DNA of 64,000 bases, from contig DAOMOX010000002.1 in the NCBI GenBank assembly GCA_035444565.1, positions 8,013 to 72,012 on the forward strand, written 5' to 3'. The notes under the pieces are model-generated. The model was given only the letters and a program-made list of their open reading frames with translations. It ran no database searches and was not told the origin of the DNA. Origin of the DNA: Candidatus Dojkabacteria bacterium (GTDB taxonomy: Bacteria; Patescibacteriota; Dojkabacteria; B142; OLB20). A program made the position numbers and the translations under genes. Shown piece by piece: positions 18,201-28,500 of this stretch (positions within the stretch are counted from its first letter, which is position 1; each line of letters opens with the position of its first letter).

Positions 18201-19541
18201 AGTTTTAAAAATATCAACTGGGTAACTATCTTCTTCCGTGATTTCAACCAATGACTTTGACCAATAAGAAAACTCAAGTTTTGCCGCTTCTTTTAATTTT
18301 AACAATTTCTCATTTTCTTCCAGTTTCATTTCTACTACATCATGTACTACGACATCTGGAGCATCAGTCAAATTGTCTATACTTCTTATAATTGTATTAT
18401 TCACAGAGAATTTTGATTCGGCAGCCTTAATTAATCTCTCCATCTCCGCAGTACTATAAATATCTTTTTCTGAGAATACTTCAGCATCTGATGCGAAATC
18501 ACCTACAGCCCTAATGAAATTATTTTTATCACGAACTACATCTCTGTTCTTTAAATGTCTTCCTTCATCATAAGATAAATCACTATATAAAATACTTGTA
18601 GTATCGATATATCCTGAATCCAATGCTTCTTTAAAAAGTTTTAACACAGCTAAATGATTTCCTGGTTTAAGTGGAAAGCTGGTTGTATTTCCAGTATCTA
18701 ACCATGATTCTACAATTTTCGATTTACTTACTTCATCAAGTGAACTTACACTTTCAATCCATTTATCAGAAAAGTATGCAGCTGCATCGGGATTTAATTT
18801 TTTTAAAGTTGACTGAAAACCGAAATTTTCTGTAATTTCAAGTTCTGTAACAACAGGTATGAAGGCAAAAAACCTACTTTCAGTGAGATTGTCTATTTGT
18901 GAAATTCTATTTGCAACATCAAAATAAAAATCTATATATTTTTCAGAATTCCCAAAGTGCTTAAATCCACTCTGCATAAGCTCTACGACAAAATTAGCAT
19001 AACTATCTTTATCATCTTGTGATTCGAGTTTGTTTTTTACCCCATCATAGCCTTCTATTAGTTGAGTTATCAGAGTTTGAAATTTTGTTTCATCTTCTGG
19101 AATAAATTCAACAGCAGAAATTACCCTTTTCGTATCAGAGATAAATGAATTCAAACCATATGATCCACCTATGTTGTTAAAATAGGAAGCAGATTGATTC
19201 CCTCTTTCCTTTCTCCAAAAAGGATTTACAAATGATGGAAGATCTTCGTTACTTAAATCTAGTATACTAAGCAATCCATGCTCCCCCAAAATCGTATTTG
19301 CTAAACTTCTCTTTTCATCCACACCAAGGGCCTCAATTGCACCAATCCCTTTATGCCCAATATTAGCAATAATTTGGAGTCTCTCAGGAGCCGAGTATTT
19401 TTTTGGATTTGTTAATAACTCGAGTTGTTCACCAATTGTCCTCCGCGGAGTAACATTATTTATGTAGGTTACTCTATCAGGAGCTACAGGAGGTCCTTGG
19501 AGTATGGTTTGCATCCCTGTAAGATTTGATTCTGTACCCAT
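15297..19541 (-). CDS. Giant (1414 aa) cytoplasmic protein with two tandem MutS-domain-V-like ABC ATPase modules (module 1 canonical, module 2 lacking the catalytic His) and no mismatch-binding domain
   Basis: Module 1 (aa about 690-830, nt about 17470-17050): GGPTGSGKTYALRILF, LFADELLSGGTDLAASVIEYI, TTVVTSHHVEEL, collinear with the MutS domain V in this window. Module 2 (aa about 1225-1350, nt about 15870-15490): GNQKAGKSASLISEAAMVAHTIISGYCPGEN, RIIRSIGSDNY...WVFIDEASNGVDKSTKQAVIALFLAKALE, TTLLDET. Confidence 0.7.
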   Translation of the reverse strand: MGTESNLTGMQTILQGPPVAPDRVTYINNVTPRRTIGEQLELLTNPKKYSAPERLQIIANIGHKGIGAIEALGVDEKRSLANTILGEHGLLSILDLSNEDLPSFVNPFWRKERGNQSASYFNNIGGSYGLNSFISDTKRVISAVEFIPEDETKFQTLITQLIEGYDGVKNKLESQDDKDSYANFVVELMQSGFKHFGNSEKYIDFYFDVANRISQIDNLTESRFFAFIPVVTELEITENFGFQSTLKKLNPDAAAYFSDKWIESVSSLDEVSKSKIVESWLDTGNTTSFPLKPGNHLAVLKLFKEALDSGYIDTTSILYSDLSYDEGRHLKNRDVVRDKNNFIRAVGDFASDAEVFSEKDIYSTAEMERLIKAAESKFSVNNTIIRSIDNLTDAPDVVVHDVVEMKLEENEKLLKLKEAAKLEFSYWSKSLVEITEEDSYPVDIFKTRKFPVDGENTYSASSYLGEIQSFITENRVEGSTLESGFKGRYEVSVLIDLCDFLNYANLTDQDFQVIIDFISKADPETKELLENYAVFGAKRLIPSFYSADNYTTYKEKGGYEQTLTALEKLDILFEEISSIEQESGRVTIKEFINPASAELSALLGFLKGTTNNPENILDSASNNIRLDKFVGVLAGMYWIPRFRESLGVYVQPSTDEYEILEGRVLSNTPRRNCLPNYQIGGLLNMAFGKGTSTVIGGPTGSGKTYALRILFESLFPGNRSVPNAKVSRPFSATRNSTDGIYRVGFEVPDPNQSLADQSISELVEVINTDTLFADELLSGGTDLAASVIEYIQLLKRKRAGLTTVVTSHHVEELGALDYLLGESGLHHVNIIPISHEAREGMSSSFGPETYQRIGSRVSEDIARMIEELKQQIMFGTEEIVPPLQEVEYSPTSEVFDEKTIDELQLKDIYTIMMDSMFRDSSSINTNEISSAFTEFLKEQSSSGPEFFEEEIHKRIDDFLQEDSHILRDRLVHFSERLDGVKLAKRALQGIGSMDYIDKYELYSYLLSLTKPEGNDFVGISVREQEIMEQMKDFGLETQDLLLVNPENVVSLSMKLADAIRYDYKIKDKYPNVARMLNFNLNNHLSGDDLQKLTSDSSEVLRILLNKDKTRKESDDKERAEKVFSEYLNPVILDLEEHLGKDKLKSILGISSNIDHLNSINLSALYALTIKNGLKGNKIFTKPSYDSTGNTHLSYSASFNIHLLKELGDQYIPVGTPEFSGENVVAQVKIGNQKAGKSASLISEAAMVAHTIISGYCPGENVNFKKRPKAIAARIIRSIGSDNYSQYETEARKLVGIYKAMAENPDTWVFIDEASNGVDKSTKQAVIALFLAKALENDSPIYLTTLLDETKTLMKLPGSEKIAYVGYDRKKGKYQGKEGVVEPDTIELAKEKGLLDYNDYELAIKLYRLLLEYYQ

Positions 19542-19590
19542 AGTTTATGAAACCAAAAATTAATTAGTTATTGCAAACCACAAAGTTAAC

Positions 19591-22500
19591 TTATTTTATA
19601 GAAGCGTACATTATTTCCAATATGTAATACTGTGCAGTAGTCTCTGTGATTTGTTTTGGTAAGTCCAATTTACCAAGTCTTGATCTTAATTTTATAGTTA
19701 TTTTATTTAAAAGTTGCTGATATTCATTATTAGTAAGTTGTGCAGTTATAATCTTTGCTGCATTTGAAATTGCTGTAATTGTATTCTTTCTGACAGTATC
19801 TGCATTCGGGTCTTGATTATTCATAATCTCATTAATAATTAAGTCTAGTTCTCGTTTTAAACCAGTCCTATCTGTTTGTAATTCATTTTTAATTACATTT
19901 CTCACTAAATCTAATATCTCTTCGTTTGGCAATGTTATTTCATTAGTTGTTAAATATGCTCGTAAATTTTCGGTATTGGAATCAGTATCAATTACAGTTT
20001 CGGTTCCCATGATGGGAAGAATAGGATTGTCGACGGGTAAATCTTCTACATCCTCAGCTTCTCTTCCCACAAGTTCTTTATCTTGAGGAGATGAGGCCAG
20101 TTCTATTAACCTTTTCTCCGCGTCTGTTCTATTCTCTTCAACTAAACTAACCTTCACCACCCAGCCTTCAATCCCTCCCAAATTTTCTTCCTCTACTCGT
20201 AATTGGTATTTCCCTTCGGCTACTCCCTCATTAATTCTATCTGCAATTTTTCTTGTGGTATCACCGTCTTCTGATACATCGATGAAATCATCGACAACCT
20301 CATTAGTAAGAGTTACATATCCCATCTTCACTAGATCAGGCATGCGGTTTGCCAGATCACCAGTATCATCTATTCTTTCAATTTTATTAGATTTGAAAAC
20401 AAATTTAGAATCATCGGTTTCATCAACTGTATATACCAACCGTCCTCTTATCAAATCCAGTACTATTTCTTCGTCAGAAATTTCTGAACCTACAACAGCA
20501 TTAATCTCTTCTCTTTTGTTTTTGATAATTTCGAGTAAATCAGTTTTTTCTACAAGCCATTTCTCTTCTGATCTCTCATCTGTTACAGGAGAAAAACGGA
20601 CTTCTCTTCGACCTGAAACTATCTCATCTTTAGCATTCTCATCAAGTTGACCTCCAACCAGTTCTACTAATTCACCCAGTCTTCTCATATTGTAGTGTAA
20701 TAGTGCTCTTTTAGTAGCTTCTGCATTTTGGAATGAAAGCTCTACAGAATCTCCACTTTCACTTGTTGATTCGGTCTCAGTAAAGGGTTCTTCCTTCATT
20801 ATAGTTTCGGCTTGTTCTACGGGAATCACCAATAATTCATTAAATTTCTCTGTTAATCTCTCCTTTCCGGCAACCTTCTCTCTATCCACTTTTAATTTGC
20901 CTTTTATTTGCATAACATCTTCCGTACTAGTATCAGCGTCTTTTATAATCAATCCGGCATATTCTAATAGTTCTAAGACCTCAGCTTCGGGAAGGTTTTC
21001 ATAATCTATATTCCCTGATTCGGAAGCATCATCACTTAACCACAAAGCAGTTCTTCTATTTATTTCATTCAATACTATTCTGGTAATATTATCTGAGCCT
21101 CTAGTATCTTTTTCAATATTTCTCAATGTGTAGAGTACATTGCTTGGAAGTCTTCTGCTGAATTCATTGGAAGTAAGTCCCATATCGGGATCGTTATATT
21201 TCCCGCGTATTTCAATATAGGTATCATACACAGTAGCTCCAGGAGTTATGTCTAGGATTGTGTATTCTGCGCCTTCACTTTCAACATCAACTGCTGCTTC
21301 CGATATTAAAGGTTCTGCGACAAGGTCATTTCTATCACTTTGGTCAACCTCGGCATCAACAACTACAAATTCCCAAGCACTAATCCCATCAGGCATTTCA
21401 GGGATAGTTCTAGTCTGTAATGTAACTTCGTTATTTATTATTTTTCTAACTAAGACTTCTACAAATTTTTCTCTGAAATCATCAGGATTACTATCGGGAT
21501 TTCTTTCTGATAGATCAGATATTACTGATTCGGGTATATCCGAGGATAAAACATCATTATTTATCACTGTTTGAAGCAAACCTTGCACGTCATTTTCATT
21601 TAGTTCATCGCTAAATAAATTTTTATAACCTGCCAAAAGAGAATTTACGTATTCATCTCTATTATCAAAAGTAGGATTTCCATCAATAGCATTACTATAT
21701 ATGTAACTTCTTGAAGCTAGTAATGCTTCTTGTTCTGGTTCTAAACTAATAATTTTACTAATATCTTTATCCCGTATCCGTATATCTCCATTTAAAATCC
21801 AGGCATCATAGCCACTATATTGACTGTAATAATATGCAACTTTGCTGTTTTCTCCTATTATAGGTTGATTTAATGCTAATTCTAACTGAGAACGTATATC
21901 ATCTTTTTCCTTATATTCCCTAAATTTATCTGAAACAATAAATGTTGAATCACCAAGAACAACATCTGTTAGATCTAATAATGGCTCTTCTTCTGGAGTA
22001 GAACTAAAATTCTCAACAAGGACGTACTCATATATTCCTAGTCCTTCTAAACCAGGTATTTCTCTGGTGGTGAAAGTGTAATAATCACCCACTCTATCTA
22101 TTTCTTCAATTATAGTCTGACCAACAATTCTTCGTAACTCGTTAAGGTCTGTGATTTTATTAATACCTTTCTTCAATTTTAAAGTTTCAATAATTCCTTG
22201 TGGTAGTTCCGGTGATAATAGTCTTCCTAATATTTCTGGAATTTCATTTGTATTTTTAACGTCATTCTCTATTCTTCTAAGAATGTCCTCTCTGTCAACA
22301 ACTTCGTTCTGAGATATGTCTTGTGTATCAAATGATATTGAATACCTAATGTTTCTGTCGTAACTACTCTCTCCACTTCCTAATAAGTTTCTCGAAAAAA
22401 GAGTTCTTATCTGACCACGATTAAGATCTAGTGATGAATTATCTTTATTTGATAAAACTACCTGTTCGGAAGGATAAAATATGTGCACGTACTGAGGTGT

Positions 22501-25500
22501 TTCAAGATATATTCTTTCATCAGATAATATAAGTGGTGACCCGAGTGCCCATGATACACGTTCGAACAAATCACTATTTATAATTGCGTTCTTAATCTCA
22601 TTGTGTTGATCTTCATTAATACCCAAACCTTCTCTAAATTCTTCATCTCTAATTTTCTCTTGTCTCCGTCTATAAAGTGCGAAACCCCCAAATGCTGCTG
22701 TTAGTATTCCGAGAGTGGCGACACTTCCTATGATAAGTGGTTTTTTCATATCTTCTGGTATACCAGCATCCTCCAACATTGCATCGGTATCGACACCTTC
22801 TCCTGGAACAGGTTCCAATGGAGCTGTCGTTGGTTCTGGGGTTACAAATGGTTCGATTTCGGAAGTTGCGGTTTCTTTAACCTCTTCTGTGGGTTCTGGT
22901 GTAGCTGTAAATGTTGTCTCAGCAGTAGGTGACTGCTCTGTGGGAATAGATGTTGCGGTAACTGAAGCAGTCTCCTCTGGGGTTGTTACTGTTGTTGCAG
23001 TTAATTCTTCTTGGGATTGTTTTGCCTCAGCAGTCGGAGCCTGTGTTGTGTTTGTAGCTGTAGTCTGAGCAGTTGCTGAAGGAGTGACAGATGCAGTGGT
23101 TACTTCAACACGTGATTCAGATCTTGGCAATTGGTTTTGACCTTCTACATTATCTTTAATAAAATCTTTTACTGATTGTGGCAAATCTAGAACTGAGTAA
23201 GTCCCTTTTGATATTTGATTACCGTTACTTGTCCCAGCTACACTATATACTACTACTTCATCACCATAATTACTTCCGTCTGGCTTCATCAGCTTTACAA
23301 CTACTTCAGGCGAAGGACTATTATCTCTATTTACTATAATAAAACTCTCTTCAGTAACTACAAAATCATCACCTTCTTTGTAAATTACCGAACCATACTG
23401 GTCTGAAATCCTAGGATCCTCTAATGATTCGAAATCAAAAGCTGCTGTTGCAGTTGGTGCTGAAATTGTTGCTGTAGCTGTTTGAGTTAAGGTTGGTTCT
23501 GCAGTTGAAATTGGTGTTGCTTCTGGTTCAGCAGTGCTAGTTGCAGTAGGTTCGGGGGTTGATGTTACGGGAGGTGTTCCCTGAACATCTGAGTCTGATA
23601 GATTATTAAAAGTGTTGATGGTCGCTTGATCTACTTGGATATCTAATTTAGGATTTTCGTCAGTATCTTTTATACCCAATAAGTTAAATATATTTATATT
23701 TTTTTCATTTAAAATTTCTTGAAGTCTATTCAACATTCTGGGGTTTGTATATATTGCTACTACTTCTTCATAGGATTGTACTGACGTACTTGTGATAGGA
23801 TTCTCATCACCTTCATCTGTAGTATATAATATTCTCTCACCAAGTAAACTTTGTATGGTGCTATGTAATGTCATTAGAGCCACTGCAGGATCATCAGTCT
23901 CAACTACAGTGCCCTCAAAATTAAGAACTCGAATCAGATAGCCACTATCTTCTAATCCATCCCATCTTCCTCCATTTTCTCGTTCAATTACATCAAGTAA
24001 TGCATGTTGGGTAAGTTCTGAAAACGGTGCTAATCTTCCTGTTCGGAACTGCTCAGGTATATCAGAGTCATATCTATCTTCAATTCCAAGTTCTTTAAGA
24101 GCTTCGTATAAATGCTCAAACTTATAATCACCTTCTGGGAATCTTTCTATCGCAGAAAGTATAAGCCCGTTGACTAATAATTGAGAAATTTCCTCTCTAA
24201 TTATATCCATTCCCTCACCTGCGATTGTTTGGCCATCATTTACATCCTCATTAAAGTTCTGGAAGATACTGATTGTGTGAAATTTAAAACCATCCTCTGT
24301 GTAATTCGGGGGAGTTGTGGCAACTGAGCTTCTTTGTTCAATTATTTCTCGGTACTCATCGCCGATTGAGAAATTAATATTATTTGGAACAAAATCCTGA
24401 TTTCCGTTTAGATGAATAGAGTAGCCCATTTTACTTGCTATTTGTTCAACAAGATCATAGCTCACATTAAATTTTGTTTGCTGACCATTAATAGTTAAGT
24501 TTATTTCAATAGGATTTTCCTTATCTAATCTCTGGAATTCTTTAGGTTCTGGAGGAAATTCCTCCATTAATTTTTGTGCTTCTGTGGGGGTTGCACTCGC
24601 ATCTACTGTCGGAGCAAGGGTAGGTTCTTCTTCAACCGGCTCGGGAGTTGATACATTTCTAGTCGCTTCAGCTACTCGATCAAATATTCCTTTTATCAAT
24701 TCAATGTAATCCCCTTCTGGAACATCTGGGAATGCAGTGATAAATTCTTCTCTTGTTAAACTCTCGAAATTTTTATCATCTACTCTCTGATAAGAATTGT
24801 TTTCATACTTTTCAATGACTACATATGCCTCACTACCTTCACTAGGTCTTACAGTTAGTCGATATTCGGGATCTATATCATTGTCTGTATTTAAATAGAC
24901 ATAAATTCCATTATCTCCCTTTCCACTTACTTCTTTCATCATCCATTGACCTTTTTGATCACTGCCATTACCCAATGAATCTCCACCTTCGAAATTATCG
25001 AGTATATTTTTTCTATATTCCTCTTCATCCACGAAGTTGATCTCGGCTTCTTGAGCTTCGATTGTTCCTTCCGGAACAGGAGTAGGTCCTTCGTCACCAG
25101 TCTCTGGAGTGGCTGTTATAGTTCCTTCCTCTACCGCAGGTTCACTCGTAGCTGTAGGTGTGGTACTAGGTGGTGGAGACGTTGGAGTTGGTTCCGTACT
25201 GTTTGTTGTATCTCCCGTAGGTTCAGGTGTCGGATTTGTTACGGTCTCGGCATTATCACCTGTCACTTGTAGACTATCTGGAAGGTACTCCGCAATCTTT
25301 TGATTAGCCAATTCAACCATATCTCCTACAGAACCTGGCCTTTCTTCCTCATTGATTCTAAATTCAAGAATTCTTGTATCGGGAGGGATATTGTCTCCAG
25401 AAATTATTTCATAGTCAGAATTTACAGCTGTACTAATAAACAGTTGACCTTCAACATCTATTAATGCAACACCTTGATTCTTGATTTGTGTAGCGACATC

Positions 25501-28500
25501 ATCGCCAATTTCATTTAATGTGACGTATTTATCATTTGATGTTAAGAATTCATCCAAATCGATTTTTCCTTCTTCTATCAGTTTATCTGCTAAAGCCTTT
25601 AATCCCTCAATATCTTCAGGAATATCACCCGCATCGATTCCGTAGAAATGAGGTCCCCCGTGAAGGCTTCCTGTTATTCTCCCCGAGGAATCAGCATTAA
25701 TTTCGAGCGTGTAGTATGTTCTCTGTTCCTCTACACCTTCATTATTTATTTCGTTAAATGTTTGAGACCTCAATGCAACACCATGTTCAATTAGTGACTC
25801 TTCTGCCAATTTGTTTGATTGAGCAACTTCTTCAGATGTTGAATTTTCAGATCCACCAAAAATCGGAATGTTTGTCGTAACTACATCAGACCCTACTGTG
25901 AATTCTGTGTCAGGTATCTCCACAGTTGGAGAAACGATATCTTCAGCAGAATCGCTTTCATCTTCTACTCCATCTTCAACTTGTTCGTCGACAGTTTCCT
26001 CTGTAGTAACTCCTTCTCCGGTTGATTCATCTTGAGCAATTGGTCCAACTGCCCTCAATCTCATGTCTATACCAATATCTTCTGTCAATTCCACTAAAGA
26101 AAGCTCACTTACAATACTTTGAGGTCCAGCCATAACTGTGAATTCCGTTTGTTCTCCTATTACTGATCTGGTTTGATTGGAGCTTGTAGTTACTATTACG
26201 AATTCTCGTTCCTCTCCATCAACCTGAAGAGTGATAATAGGTAGTTCCCCTTCGTCTAATTCATTTAAGTAAGTTTGTATTTCTGATTGTAATGTTTGAG
26301 GCAAATCTGACAGACTTGTTGGTGCTGTTGTCTGAGTACCTGAAGTTCCTAACGTTGTAGAGTTGTCAACAACAGTAGACATTGAGACTGGTGAAATGTT
26401 TGTTCCAGAAATCGGCTCAAGTTCAGGTACGGTATCAGCGTCTATTGTGCGACCAAGAGTTATATCCACGGATGCTTGAGCATCTTTATAAATTTCATCG
26501 ATATGTTCTTGAGTCATCTTCCCATCTGAGAGATCTTCAGTTTGTTCAGCACTAAGCTCGACTAGGAAAATACGATTATGCGTACCAAGATTTGAATCAC
26601 CCGGAATAGTAACCAATACAAATTTGTTTTCTACAAAAGTAGCGTTTTCTCCCTCCTGTTCTACAACATTTAATATTCTAATACCTGAACCTGCTCCAGA
26701 ATCATTCAAAATTTCACCATCAACAACTCCGTTTAAAGATATAGAATATCCGCTATTTAAAACACCGGGTATAGAATCTTCTACTAAATTACCACCCTCA
26801 TTAATTATATATGGAGTTAAATCTTTGATATTACTTTCGGAGATGACGAGTTCAGAGAGCATACTATGTGGTTTCAAGACTAGTACATCTTGAGGATTTG
26901 GGTACCCAGAATTGTTATAGAATCTCTCGACCTGAGTTTCATCGCGGCTAATGGAGGCTACATCAAAATCTTCATTAGGTGAATTATGAGTATATACAAT
27001 ATTACCCAACATTGTTGTAAATGTCTGTGGCTCTCCAATTATGAGCTGAACACTTTGACCCGTACTACTTGGTAGGGTTAGTAACCCATCATTAATAAGC
27101 TCTTTTAGCTGATCCCCTGTTAGAGCTGATTGATAATGATTTAAGACATCATTCCATGTACTGAATGTAATTGAATTATTTGAGCTTAAGATATTATCTG
27201 TTGCATCTGCGACTGCATTGATTTGTTCATTAGTTAGACCTATCTCTTGTAACTGCTCAATACCCTCAGGAGATGGCATTTGATTGAGGATTTCATCTAC
27301 ATCTAAAGTTACTGGTGTATTTGAGGGAAACCTTGATAATTCAATTTCTTGTGTAAGTAAACCATCTTGAACAACCTTTTGTCCATTTTCTTCGGTGATA
27401 TCTGATTCATTTATCAGTCTCCACTGGTTATTCTCAAGAACAACCAATCCATATACAATACTACCCTCAGCTGTTGTATTATCCCCATCGATATCTACTT
27501 TTAAACTTAGCGTTCCATAAGGCAAACCATCTGTTTCATTGAAATATCCTTCAGATGGAATTTCTCCTGTAATAACTCTTCCTGTTTCAGGTAAGTTATC
27601 AAAAGGGAACGCTGTTTCACCATTTGATAAAACGACACTAGTTCCAATTTCATCTACATTTTCAATCTGAGTTTTAAAGTTATCACTATTAACTATATTA
27701 TGTAGTTCTGTTTTTAATTCATCAACGGGTCTTCCAATCCATTCATCACCTTCTAAAAATTGCGATGCATAAATAATATTGTCAGGAGCATTTCTCAAAT
27801 CTCCATCATATATAGCATTCTCTCCGTCGACATCAGGAACGACAGCATAGACAACCTGTACGACAAATTCATCCTGCGATGTTCGCATTGTTCTTATGAA
27901 CAAATCATCATCAGATGGCAATCTTTCTAAGTCTATATCGCTTACAAATAAATCTATCACTTTTGCGTGTTCAGAAGTACCTAAAATGACAGGTGAATGA
28001 TCTACATGATTATTTAATTCGTCAGGAACTGGGGCAAATATATTATCAACAACTTGATAGAATAGGATATCTTTTTCCAGATTTGCTCCCGCGATAGGGG
28101 TGTCATCAATTTTCCCACCAACTAATAATAAATCGTTTTCTTGATATTGGCTATGATTGACGTCACTAGGAATATAATTTGTTCGTACATTTAGTTCTCC
28201 TGTATCTGTTAAGCTATATGATCGCGCTGCAATAGTAATACTCTCTTCTTCTGGATGATTATTTAACCAATCCTTTACATCTCCATAAGTCCATCCAGCA
28301 TATTTGGATACTTCGCTCAGTCTATGTTCTAACTCTTCTTCTGGATTTTCTGTGTCAAGTACATTTATATCTCCAACAATTTGTTCAACTTGTTTATATA
28401 CAATTTCGGGCTCCACATCATGATCCACATCAAATCCAAAAGCAAGGCTTCCAGCATGTGTAGTTGCCGATTCAGGTGATTCCAGTTTATAAGTACCCGT

